Shown piece by piece: positions 18,849 to 28,248 of a stretch of DNA of 64,000 bases. The stretch's first letter is position 1. Every line of letters starts with the position of its first letter. A program made the position numbers and the translations under genes. Under the pieces are notes generated by a model. The model did not search any database. It saw only the letters and a list, made by a program, of their open reading frames with translations, and was not told the DNA's origin. Source of the stretch: an uncultured Phycisphaerales bacterium (GTDB lineage Bacteria; Planctomycetota; Phycisphaerae; Sedimentisphaerales; Anaerobacaceae); contig OY970359.1 of NCBI GenBank assembly GCA_963718665.1, forward strand, positions 672,001-736,000, given 5' to 3'.

Positions 18849-19703
18849 TCAGGCGTTGCTTTCAAGCATTCCGCGGAGTCGTTCCATTTCGCCGTCTTTC
18901 ATACGATAACAGTGTTCGGTATCGGGGTATTTGCCCGCCCTGACCTGGTTTGCGTATTCGGCGAAGGCGGCGATTGTGGCGTCGCCGAGGTTGGCGAAGC
19001 TTTTGGCGAACTTCGGCTGATGTCCCTGTGACAAGCCGAGAATATCAGGAGCGATGAGAACCTGTCCGTCGCAGTGCGGACCTGAGCCGCAACTAATAAC
19101 GGGGACATCGCTTTGCTCGGTGATTATTTTGGCGACTTCGGCGCAAACGCCTTCGAGGAGCAGCGAGATTGAGCCGGCGTTTACCATTTGCTTTGCAAGG
19201 GCGATAAGCTCGGCGGCCATTTCGGCGGTAGAGGCCTCGGCCTTGAACCTGCCAATCCTTGATATGCTCTGGGGCCTGATGCCGATATGCGCCATAACAG
19301 CCATACCGGCGTCGTTGACTGCTCTGATGACATCGAGGTATGCACTTGATGCCTCGATTTTTATCATTTGAGCGCCACATTCAGAGGCGAATCTTCCGGC
19401 GTTTTTGACCGCCTCGGCTATGCCTACCTGGTAGGACAGGAAAGGCATATCCGCAATGAGGCATACATCGGGGGCGGCTTTCCTGACGGCGGCGGTTATA
19501 GCGACCATAAAATCCATAGTCGCGGGGAGGGTGGAATCGTGCCCAAGGATAACCTGGGCGGCTGAATCGCCTACAAGTATAATCTCGACGTCGGTCTGGG
19601 CGACGAGCTTGGCCGTGGTATAGTCATAACAACTAACTGCCACAACCTTACGACCATGTTGTTTGGCGTCAATTAAATTGGCTACCGTGATTTTGCCTGC
19701 CAT
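18849..19703 (-). CDS. panB: 3-methyl-2-oxobutanoate hydroxymethyltransferase
   Basis: CYDY, LVGDS, ADMPFLSY, HIGIRPQ, GSGPHCDGQVL, PKFAK. Confidence 0.95.
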   Translation of the reverse strand: MAGKITVANLIDAKQHGRKVVAVSCYDYTTAKLVAQTDVEIILVGDSAAQVILGHDSTLPATMDFMVAITAAVRKAAPDVCLIADMPFLSYQVGIAEAVKNAGRFASECGAQMIKIEASSAYLDVIRAVNDAGMAVMAHIGIRPQSISRIGRFKAEASTAEMAAELIALAKQMVNAGSISLLLEGVCAEVAKIITEQSDVPVISCGSGPHCDGQVLIAPDILGLSQGHQPKFAKSFANLGDATIAAFAEYANQVRAGKYPDTEHCYRMKDGEMERLRGMLESNA

Positions 19704-19994
19704 TTGAATACCCCATAAAATAACAACCAACCTGTTAGAATATAGTGAACAAACAGGAGTAATCAAGCGTAAAATTGCAACGTTTTTATGATGATTTTCG
19801 GGTTTTGAGAAAATTTTACGGTTTTTTTAATAAGAGGACTTGAACTGAGACGTCTCTAAATGTGTAGTAATATAGGAAATTACCTTAAAGAATTTCGGGG
19901 TATTAAGGCGATTATTATAGAAAGGCAATAATGGAGCCACAGAGGACATTGACATAAGCAATCATTTTATTGGGCTTTTCATCACCCTCCTCCG

Positions 19995-20028
19995 AAGCCA
20001 GGTTCTTAAACAGGAATCTGGCTTTTTT
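19995..20028 (+). terminator. Rho-independent terminator-like hairpin
   Basis: AAGCCAGGTTC...GAATCTGGCTT followed by a T run. Confidence 0.65.
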
Positions 20029-20133
20029 ATTTCAATATTTAGAATATAGTCAATAATCACCTTATCGCTGCTGTTAATTTAGGCAAAATGGGGTTTTGGG
20101 GACATTTTAAACCCTTCGATTCAACATCACCTA

Positions 20134-20892
20134 TCAGGCATTGAGGATATACTTTGCCATTCTTGGTGGCCGACCAAGCATATCGGTAATATAGTGAATC
20201 AAGATGTCCTCTACATTTTTCAGGGTGGTTTGGGAGGCAGAGGCAAGCAATTTCGAGTCGGCCAGACATTTCGCCGCTTCAGCAGTCAGTCGTATTTTGT
20301 CGGGGAAAGGCCCCTGGCAATCCCTGCAAATCAGGCCCCTGGCGTTATTACTGAAATACGTTTCCGACCAGCGAGAATCGAAACGATTTCTGCAATTTAC
20401 GCAATAATCGAGAACGGGGCATAAGCCGATTTCCGTCAGCAGAACAAGTTGAAACACTATCAGGTTCGCCAGGATTTTGCGGTGCTCATCATTTGAGCTT
20501 CTTTCCTGGCTGCTATCATGAATGAACTGAAGCAAACTGTCAAACAGGCCCGGGTGGGGGTCATAATCATTGACCAGGGCATTCACAAGCTCGGCGGCAA
20601 GCAGGCAGGCGTTCAGCGCAAAGATATCCGCCGACAGCACCGGGTAATTCACCATGCCCGCAAGCGGCTCAAATTCAGCAAGGGTCGCCAGCTTGTCCCT
20701 GCCTGAATCCGAGAAGACAATATCGCCATAAGAAAATATTTCGATGGGGCCTCCGAAAGATGATTTCTGTCTTTTCGCGCCTTTGGCTATTACAGGAACT
20801 TTTCCCGTTTGCCTGGCAAAAAAAGTTACCACCTGCGATGTTTCGGAGTAGTCAACTGCCCGGATGCAGATGCCATGGTCATTGGTCAGCAT
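20134..20892 (-). CDS. recO: DNA repair protein RecO
   Basis: DYSETSQVVTFF, GKVPVIAKGAKR, CVNC...CRDC zinc finger. Confidence 0.92.
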   Translation of the reverse strand: MLTNDHGICIRAVDYSETSQVVTFFARQTGKVPVIAKGAKRQKSSFGGPIEIFSYGDIVFSDSGRDKLATLAEFEPLAGMVNYPVLSADIFALNACLLAAELVNALVNDYDPHPGLFDSLLQFIHDSSQERSSNDEHRKILANLIVFQLVLLTEIGLCPVLDYCVNCRNRFDSRWSETYFSNNARGLICRDCQGPFPDKIRLTAEAAKCLADSKLLASASQTTLKNVEDILIHYITDMLGRPPRMAKYILNA

Positions 20893-21374
20893 TTTGGACG
20901 CCGTTTATTCGAGATAATTTTTCGTTTTTTATCATATACCAGCCCGAATCCCTGCTGCTGCAGAATTTCATCTTCGAGCTGATGCATTATTTTTGCTTTT
21001 TTCGGCTGTAAGTCATCAAAGCCGAGATTATGCAGCAGACCATGGGTGATATAAAGGGCAAGCTCCGCCTGAGGGGAATGGCCCCGTTTAACGGCCTGCA
21101 TTTTCGCCCTTTCGCCGTTTACGACAAGCTCAAACAATCTTGGGCCGTTCTTACTTTCCGACAAATTGAACGCCAGGCAATCGGTAAAATTTTTATGGTT
21201 AAGGAATTCGATATTAAGCTTTCGCATACGGCAATTGTCGACTATAGCAATACTGACGGTTGCCTTTGTCAGGCGGAATCGCTTGCAGATTACGCGCACA
21301 AGTTTTATGAGCTTGCGACGCGGACAAGGGATATTTTTGAAATCGCGAATGATATGAACAGTTACGCCTTGCAT
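20886..21374 (-). CDS. ybeY: rRNA maturation RNase YbeY
   Basis: HGLLHNLGFDD motif; TDCLAF; adjacent to the phoH and HD genes. Confidence 0.9.
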   Translation of the reverse strand: MQGVTVHIIRDFKNIPCPRRKLIKLVRVICKRFRLTKATVSIAIVDNCRMRKLNIEFLNHKNFTDCLAFNLSESKNGPRLFELVVNGERAKMQAVKRGHSPQAELALYITHGLLHNLGFDDLQPKKAKIMHQLEDEILQQQGFGLVYDKKRKIISNKRRPKC

Positions 21375-21389
21375 AGTTGGTATATCGCT

Positions 21390-22892
21390 TTACTGGTCCT
21401 GTTCGGACGGCATATCGGGCGGCTTGGGATAGGCGATTCGCCCGTGGTAGTGGGCCGCGAGGGTTTTTGACACGCTCGCCTCAATCAGGCTAAGCTCTCG
21501 CAAAGACAAGTCGCACTCGTCAAATTGGCCGTCCTGCAGACGCTTCATCGCCATATTATGCACAACGGCTTCAATCTTTAATGGTGTCGCTTCCGGCAAA
21601 GTCCGTGTTGCACCTTCGACGGCGTCGGCGAGCATAACGATTGCGGCCTCTTTTGTCCGCGGCTTTGGGCCGGGATATCGAAACTCGCCTTCGGAAGGAG
21701 CCAGCAAATCAGAAGAATCACCTTGCTCGTGCTGTTTCATCGCTTCATTGTAAAAATACTCAACAAGCGTTGTGCCGTGATGTGTTTCGATGAATTGTCT
21801 CAGGACGGCAGGCAAACCGTACTCTTTTGCCAGTTCCATACCGTCTTTAATATGTCCGGCTATAATCAACTGGCTCATCGCGGGCGAAAGCTCCTTGTGC
21901 CAGCTTATTGAGCCGAGCTGGTTTTCGACAAAGTAGCCCGGCTTATTTATTTTGCCTATATCGTGATAGTATGACCCGACTCTGCACAAAAGGCCGTTGC
22001 GTCCGATTGCTTCCGCGGCGGCCTCGGCAATGATGCCAATGAGCAAACTGTGACTATAGGTTCCCGGTGCTTCCATAGCGAGCCGTCTCAGCAGGGGCTG
22101 GTTTGCGTCGCTGTAATCCAGAAGGGTCATACTTGTCGCGATTCGGAAAACCTTTTCGAGGACGGGCAGGAGGCCCTGTATCATCACGCCGACAAGAAGA
22201 GTAACCGCGGCGTTTGGGCCTGCGGCGGCGAATAAATTCCCCGGCAATTCGGGGGCAGAAAGATACCTCATAGCGGTTGACATTATAAAAACAGTTACAG
22301 CCGCCACCAAACTTACCTCCAGGAGCCGCATCCTGGTGCGGATTTCCTTGAGTAAGAAGCAATATGGCAGCGCACCGGCGAGCATAGTAAGCAAAACGCT
22401 TAAGTCCGTTACCTGCCCTGTCGCTAAAGAAGCAAGGACGCAGTAAACAAAGCTCATCGCCATAGCGAACCGCTGATTATACGCGATAGTTATGATAAGG
22501 GCCGTAGCGACGGCGGTGCCAGTGACCCAGAATACCTGGCCGGCCAGCAACACCGCTAATTTCGCACAAATCAACATTGAAATAATCAGAACGACCAGTC
22601 CTATCGTCCTGACGCGGTTTTTAATAAGTCGTTTTTGATATTGAGAGATATGGAATGCGGCGGCCAGTCCAACCAGGACAACCACTGTAACAATCGCGGC
22701 AAACCGGCCATAGGTCATCTGGCCTGTCGGGTCATATCCGAGCACCGCCACGGACAACAACACAAAGAGCAGCCAGACAGCCGACGAGTAAATGACGTCG
22801 GGGTCCGCCAGCCGGCTCAGGTCGGCAAACTGCTTTGCCACTTCCTTTCGCACCCGACTTCGCCGCTGATTTGTCCTGTTAAAAAATCCCAC
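21390..22892 (-). CDS. 7TM-HD (HDIG) phosphohydrolase, PgpH-like
   Basis: Multiple TM helices, then APGTYSHS, YYHDIGK, HHGTT, FRYPGPKP, MLADAVE. Confidence 0.9.
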   Translation of the reverse strand: MGFFNRTNQRRSRVRKEVAKQFADLSRLADPDVIYSSAVWLLFVLLSVAVLGYDPTGQMTYGRFAAIVTVVVLVGLAAAFHISQYQKRLIKNRVRTIGLVVLIISMLICAKLAVLLAGQVFWVTGTAVATALIITIAYNQRFAMAMSFVYCVLASLATGQVTDLSVLLTMLAGALPYCFLLKEIRTRMRLLEVSLVAAVTVFIMSTAMRYLSAPELPGNLFAAAGPNAAVTLLVGVMIQGLLPVLEKVFRIATSMTLLDYSDANQPLLRRLAMEAPGTYSHSLLIGIIAEAAAEAIGRNGLLCRVGSYYHDIGKINKPGYFVENQLGSISWHKELSPAMSQLIIAGHIKDGMELAKEYGLPAVLRQFIETHHGTTLVEYFYNEAMKQHEQGDSSDLLAPSEGEFRYPGPKPRTKEAAIVMLADAVEGATRTLPEATPLKIEAVVHNMAMKRLQDGQFDECDLSLRELSLIEASVSKTLAAHYHGRIAYPKPPDMPSEQDQ

Positions 22893-22923
22893 CTGTGCTC
22901 CCTTTGTTTATTTCACAAAGACA

Positions 22924-23895
22924 TCAAGGCGTTACGTTTTCCGTTCTTGGTTTCGGTTTCGTGGAACGGCCGTTCTGATAGGCGCGCACGATGCTCTGAA
23001 CGAGCCGATGCCGGACGATATCGACTTGCGTAAGCTCGACGACGCCGATACCCTTTATGCGGCGCAGGCGTTCGATTGCCTCGACTAAGCCGCTTTTTTG
23101 CCCGTGGGGCAGGTCTATCTGTGTTATGTCACCTGTGATTATCATCTTGGAGCCGCGTCCCAGCCGGGTAAGGACCATCAGCATCTGCAACGCCGATGTA
23201 TTCTGCGCCTCATCGCAGATTACGACCGACTCATTGAGAGTCCTGCCCCGCATAAAAGCAAGCGGTATAATCTCGATGATGTCCATATCCATAAATTCTC
23301 GCATCTGGCCGAAGTCCATCATATCTTCGAGAGCGTCGAACAGCGGGCGAAGATAGGGATTTACTTTTGCCTGAATGTCGCCGGGGAGAAAGCCGAGTTT
23401 TTCGCCTGCCTCGACCGCGGGCCGGGCGAGGATTATACGTCTTATCTGTTTTCTTTTGAGCATCGATACGGCGACGGCAACCGCGAGATACGTCTTGCCT
23501 GTCCCCGCGGGGCCTATGCAAAACGTAAGGTCATTGTTGAGCATCGCCTGGATATATTTGAGCTGTCTTTTGCTGGACGGCTCGATTACCTTTTTGTGCG
23601 AGTAAACGGCAATCGCCTCCGGTGACTGCGGCTCAGCGGAAACGTCAATATCCGAAAGTATGCTGCCGACGTCATCAGCGGTGAGCGAGGCACGTTTGAG
23701 CAGGTGCTTTTGCATTTTGTCGATAACTTCCACCGCCCTGTTGACGTTCTCTGCTTTGCCTGCAATGAGGAGATTGTCCTGCCGGGCGGTTATCCTGACA
23801 TCGAGGGCGTCGCGCACCATTCGAAGATTAGTATCAGCAGGCCCGAACAATTCGAGCTGTTTGCCGATCGAATCGAGTTGTATTGTTATCTCCAA
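22924..23895 (-). CDS. phoH: PhoH-family ATPase (YbeZ-like)
   Basis: GPAGTGKTYLA, RPAVEAGEKLGFLPGD, PLAFMRGRTL, DEAQN, VRHRLV. Confidence 0.95.
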   Translation of the reverse strand: MEITIQLDSIGKQLELFGPADTNLRMVRDALDVRITARQDNLLIAGKAENVNRAVEVIDKMQKHLLKRASLTADDVGSILSDIDVSAEPQSPEAIAVYSHKKVIEPSSKRQLKYIQAMLNNDLTFCIGPAGTGKTYLAVAVAVSMLKRKQIRRIILARPAVEAGEKLGFLPGDIQAKVNPYLRPLFDALEDMMDFGQMREFMDMDIIEIIPLAFMRGRTLNESVVICDEAQNTSALQMLMVLTRLGRGSKMIITGDITQIDLPHGQKSGLVEAIERLRRIKGIGVVELTQVDIVRHRLVQSIVRAYQNGRSTKPKPRTENVTP

Positions 23896-23904
23896 GAGTT
23901 TCCT

Positions 23905-24762
23905 TTAGTGTCTCAAAAAAGAAAAAAACAAATAGCCGAACGGCGCCGTGATTAAAATCGAATCAACGACATCCAAAATACCACCGAAGCCCGGGACGCT
24001 GTTTGATGAGTCCTTGGTTTCGGCATCACGTTTGAGCATCGATTCGGCCAAATCGCCAAGCTGACTTAAAAAGGCGAAAATAACACCGAAAACAATAGCC
24101 AGCCGCCAGGACATTATATCACAAAATACAGCAAAGGCCACTGCTACCACGGCCGCCAAAACCACCCCGCCCGCCATACCTTCCCAGGTTTTTTTGGGGC
24201 TGATTACTGGGGAAAACTTGTGTTTGCCGAAGAGCCGACCGGCGGTGTAAGCCCCTATATCAGAACACTTTACGACAAAAATCAGCATCAATAAATGCCA
24301 GGGGCCAAAGTCAATATATGTCGCTGGCGCAAACGCACCCAACAATCCAAGATATAATATCGAAAAGCAGGCGGCTCCGCAGTTGGCGAGAACTCCCGAC
24401 AAGCCATACCGAATTCTTTGATACAGGAAACACGCCATAAGGGCAAAACTCAGTAAAAAAAAGATGAACCCGCCCGTCAACGTCAAACGCGGAAGCCAAT
24501 AGCTGCTGGTCGCCAGCAATACCGAGACGGGAATCGAAACCGGCAGAAGGATTTTGGTTCCTTTCACGGCGGCAAGTTTTGATATCTCAAATAATCCTGG
24601 AATTATCAATAAAGCAACAAGAACAGCCACTGCCACGCCGCGAAACGGTTTGTCGTCAATAGTTGGGGCCGCCATAGAGCCATCGAACCGGCCACTTAGC
24701 AGGACGATGCCGATGAACGCGATGGTCATCAGTGTTCCGAAGATAAGCCGATATTTGAGCAT
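23905..24762 (-). CDS. cdsA: Phosphatidate cytidylyltransferase
   Basis: SDIGAY, ISPKKTWEG, GDLAESMLKR, KDSS...PGFGGILD. Confidence 0.95.
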   Translation of the reverse strand: MLKYRLIFGTLMTIAFIGIVLLSGRFDGSMAAPTIDDKPFRGVAVAVLVALLIIPGLFEISKLAAVKGTKILLPVSIPVSVLLATSSYWLPRLTLTGGFIFFLLSFALMACFLYQRIRYGLSGVLANCGAACFSILYLGLLGAFAPATYIDFGPWHLLMLIFVVKCSDIGAYTAGRLFGKHKFSPVISPKKTWEGMAGGVVLAAVVAVAFAVFCDIMSWRLAIVFGVIFAFLSQLGDLAESMLKRDAETKDSSNSVPGFGGILDVVDSILITAPFGYLFFSFLRH

Positions 24763-25548
24763 TTAGGCGTCCTTCGAATCAACAACGGAGCCGAAACGCC
24801 TTGTGCGTTTGGCGTATGCCAGTATCGCTTTTTCGAGGTCGGGCTGTTCTAAATCGGGCCAAAGCGTTTCGGTAACATAAAATTCGCTGTAAGAAATCTG
24901 CCAGAGCAGGAAATTGCTGACCCTGAGTTCATTTGCGGTTCGTATGAGCAGGTCGGGGTCGGGTATGCCCGCGGTGTAAAGATGGCTGCTGATGCAATTC
25001 TCATCGATATCATCCAGTTGAATCTTGCCCGCCTTGTGCCTGCGGGCGATTTCTTTTGCGGCGTCGATAATTTCCGCCCTGCCTCCGTAGTTGAGGGCAA
25101 GGGCAAAAATCATTCCTGTATTTTTAGAGGTTATCTCGATGGTTTTAAGAAGCTCGGTCTTGACTTCCTTCGGCAAAGGACCTATCCGGCCTAAGTGAAC
25201 CAGCTTGGCGTTATCCTCCATAAGCTTGGGACGCATCTTGACAAGATATTCGGCGTAGAGGTTCATCAGGGCGTTGACCTCTTCCATAGGCCTTTTCCAG
25301 TTTTCTATACTGAAGGAATAAAGGGTCAGTGCCTCGATTCCGAACTCGACGCAGAGGTGGGAAATTTTTTCGGCGGTTACTGCGCCCTGGCGGTGGCCTT
25401 CGGGGCGGGACAGGCCTCGTTTCTTCGCCCATCGTCCGTTGCCGTCCATTATTATCGCGATATGGCGCGGCATTTCTTCGGGTCTTATACCCAGCCGAGA
25501 GGCGGTTTGTGCAAGTTTGTTTTTCATCGATTTGATAATCGACAGCAA
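24763..25548 (-). CDS. uppS: Undecaprenyl diphosphate synthase (isoprenyl transferase)
   Basis: HIAIIMDGNGRWA, YSFSIENWKR, NYGGR, PDLLIRT, SNFLLWQ. Confidence 0.96.
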   Translation of the reverse strand: MLSIIKSMKNKLAQTASRLGIRPEEMPRHIAIIMDGNGRWAKKRGLSRPEGHRQGAVTAEKISHLCVEFGIEALTLYSFSIENWKRPMEEVNALMNLYAEYLVKMRPKLMEDNAKLVHLGRIGPLPKEVKTELLKTIEITSKNTGMIFALALNYGGRAEIIDAAKEIARRHKAGKIQLDDIDENCISSHLYTAGIPDPDLLIRTANELRVSNFLLWQISYSEFYVTETLWPDLEQPDLEKAILAYAKRTRRFGSVVDSKDA

Positions 25549-25550
25549 CC

Positions 25551-26832
25551 CTATCGTCTAAAAATCGTCTGCTTTCGATTAGGCCCCACGCCTATCATCG
25601 TAACAGGTCTTTTTACGCTCTTTTCTATGAAACTCACGTAATTTTGAGCATTCAACGGCAACTGGCCAAAATCTGTTACCTGTGTGATGTCTTCTTTCCA
25701 GCCGGGCAGGGTCTGATAGATACATTTGGCTTTTTCAAGTTTATCGATATTGGCAGGGAAAAACGAGGTCTGCTTGCCGTCGATTTCATAGGCGACGCAG
25801 ACCTTAAGCTCATCGAGGCCGGTAAGGGTATCGAGGTGCATCATCGCGACCGAGTCGATTCCTCCTATTGTTGCCGAATATGAAACAACAACCGCGTCAA
25901 ACCAGCCGCATCTCCTGGGCCTGCCGGTTGTTGTGCCGTATTCATGCCCTTTGTCGCGAATGTACCGGCCTATTTCGTTATCCAGCTCCGACGGGAACGG
26001 GCCTGCGCCGACTCTCGTCGTGTATGCCTTGGAGATGCCTACGAACTCATCGACCATTTTCGCGGGCACGCCGGAACCGGAGGGCATACCCAGGCCGCTG
26101 ACATTTGCGCTGGTAACGAAAGGAAATGTGCCGTGGTCGATATCGAGCATACTACCCTGCGCCTTCGAAAAGAATCGACTTGCCTTCGGCAATAGCGTTG
26201 TGTATGTATTCCGTCGTATCGATGGTAAAGGGCAGGAGCTTCTGGGCGTAGGATTTGCATTTTTCGATTATTGGTTTGGCGTCAATCGGCTCTGCTTTAT
26301 ACAGGGCCGAGAACAATTTGTTTTTGTAATCCACAATCGTGCGCAGTTTTATCTCAAGTGAGGCGATGTCGCGCAGGTCGCCCATTCTAACGGCGTAACT
26401 TCTGCCCATCTTGTCGGCGTTGCAGGGGCCGATGCCGCGAATGGTCGTGCCTATTTTCTTTTTGCCGAGCGACTCCTCGCGCAACTGGTCTTCTTTCTTG
26501 TGATAATCCAGCACCAGATGGGCGTTTTCACTGATAAAGAGACGCTTGTCTAACTTGATGCCTTTTTGGGTAAGGGAATCAATTTCGCCGAGGAGCGTTT
26601 CGGGGTCAACAACGACCGCGTTTGTGATTACGCAAATCGCTTTGGGCCTGACAGCGCCGCTGGGCAGCAGGTGCAGCGCGAATTTATCGTTTCCCACCAC
26701 AACGGTATGGCCCGCGTTTGCGCCGCCGTTATAACGAACGACAACGTCGCTGTCTTCGGCGAGGATATCAACGACCTTACCCTTGCCTTCATCGCCCCAC
26801 TGCAATCCTATAACACAACGATTCACGCTCAA
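25551..26832 (-). CDS. purA: Adenylosuccinate synthetase, frameshifted near 26160 (probably an assembly error)
   Basis: GLQWGDEGKGK, GGANAGHT upstream; DHGTFPFVTS, YTTRVGAGPFP, TTGRPRRCGW downstream. Adding GC restores FEGAQG. Confidence 0.93.
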
Positions 26833-26860
26833 CCTCTTAAATTTATGTTTAATATAACCG

Positions 26861-26890
26861 GCAAGCCCCCAGGTTTATCCCGGGGGTTTA
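26861..26890. repeat. REP-like hairpin
   Basis: AAGCCCCCAGG-TTTAT-CCCGGGGGTTT. Confidence 0.5.
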
Positions 26891-26925
26891 TGAAAAGAGA
26901 AGTTTAATCGCCAATGGGAAGGATT

Positions 26926-27384
26926 TCAACTGATTTTCGCCACGAGATGGTCCAGTACGGCTTTCAGGTTGTCGTAATTCCTGTCGCTGATTTTACGGTC
27001 GATTTCTGTGCCGTCAGGAGTTTTGTAAGTAAAGGTGAAATGACCCTTTTTGTCGAAATCGGTCTTGTCGATTTTCTGGACTGAATCGTAAGGAATGCTT
27101 GTTTTGCCGTCGATTACAAGGGCGTTGTCATCGGCAACGACTTTTTTATTGCGGATAACCAGCAAATACACACCTAACAATGCCGCCGCGCCAACAAGAT
27201 ACGCCGGAGCTTTCTGGTTGAATACCATTGTGCCGTCGGGTTTGCCGTCAGGGGAATGTTTTTCCCTGAACGACTCATTGAAGTGACCGTCGTAAACGCA
27301 ATAAGCGGCGAAACCAACCAGGACAGCCATATAAATCAGGTATGTCTTTACCTTGTATTTGCTTACGGGAGCCACAATCGCCAT
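26926..27384 (-). CDS. Hypothetical membrane protein (2 TM + PH-like soluble domain)
   Basis: Start taken at MAIVAPV; two hydrophobic segments. Confidence 0.7.
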   Translation of the reverse strand: MAIVAPVSKYKVKTYLIYMAVLVGFAAYCVYDGHFNESFREKHSPDGKPDGTMVFNQKAPAYLVGAAALLGVYLLVIRNKKVVADDNALVIDGKTSIPYDSVQKIDKTDFDKKGHFTFTYKTPDGTEIDRKISDRNYDNLKAVLDHLVAKIS

Positions 27385-27404
27385 AGTCAATCTCTTCCTG
27401 TGTT

Positions 27405-28160
27405 TTAGGTCAGTCGTTTTTGCGCAATAACATTGATAAGCGGGTGAACAAGATTTGGGACGATTTTGTCCGCCATCAGCTCGTCGGCGAGCATACACTG
27501 CCGGTCAAACGATTCCAGCGTGTCGAATTTGCCGGAGGCCGCGCGATACTGGCGAACTGTGAACGACAAGCTTATCGCATCTTCGAGCGTCTGCGGGGGT
27601 TTGTCGGGGTCGAAAATACTGGTTCGTGATTCGACGCTGATTCTGGCCTGGGTGCGGCAATCCTCGGAGAGCGCCACCACTATTTCGGGCGAATGGTCGA
27701 TTGCCTTTGCCAGCGGTATATCCAGCAGGCAGTTGAAAGCCGAGGAGCCAAGGGCTTCGGCTATAATCTGGTCGTGATTGCCTGCACAGAAAAAGTCCAT
27801 CGCATAGGTAACGTCGAGAGAATCCACGTCGAGATGACTTATGCCCAGCATATACGGAATCAGGCCCAGAACGAATTTGTCCTGGCTGTAAACTTCCGCG
27901 AACTCCACGGGGTTTACGATACCTGAGCTGACACGGTCCGCCTCCAGAGCCACCCAGCGGTATTGGCCGCTGCTGTGCTCCTCTTCGAGACAGTATTCGG
28001 TGTTTTCCCGGCGGGTAAAGCAGCCCATCGTGGGATACTGCTTTTGAAGCCGCTCAAAAAACGCCAGAACGGTGTCACTCTGGAGAGATAAATCAAGCTC
28101 GGTGTTGACGAACATATCCAGGTAAAAATCATCACACAGGGAACTATAGCCGTTGGCCAT
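27405..28160 (-). CDS. Conserved hypothetical protein
   Basis: 251 aa, YSSLCDDFYLDM...YRWVALE...LDVTYAMDF; coding-like, same orientation as neighbours. Confidence 0.75.
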   Translation of the reverse strand: MANGYSSLCDDFYLDMFVNTELDLSLQSDTVLAFFERLQKQYPTMGCFTRRENTEYCLEEEHSSGQYRWVALEADRVSSGIVNPVEFAEVYSQDKFVLGLIPYMLGISHLDVDSLDVTYAMDFFCAGNHDQIIAEALGSSAFNCLLDIPLAKAIDHSPEIVVALSEDCRTQARISVESRTSIFDPDKPPQTLEDAISLSFTVRQYRAASGKFDTLESFDRQCMLADELMADKIVPNLVHPLINVIAQKRLT

Positions 28161-28248
28161 AACTGAAGCCACCCTCAAAATATAAGCATTACTGTCCGTT
28201 CATATCCAAGTTTTATACCGGCATATTAAAGACCGGGTTCGCCCGCCA

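Noticed and set aside
25551..26832. Programmed frameshift or true purA pseudogene
   Set aside because: No slippery sequence, both halves are intact, and the same GCGC lesion occurs in unrelated genes, so an assembly error is more likely.
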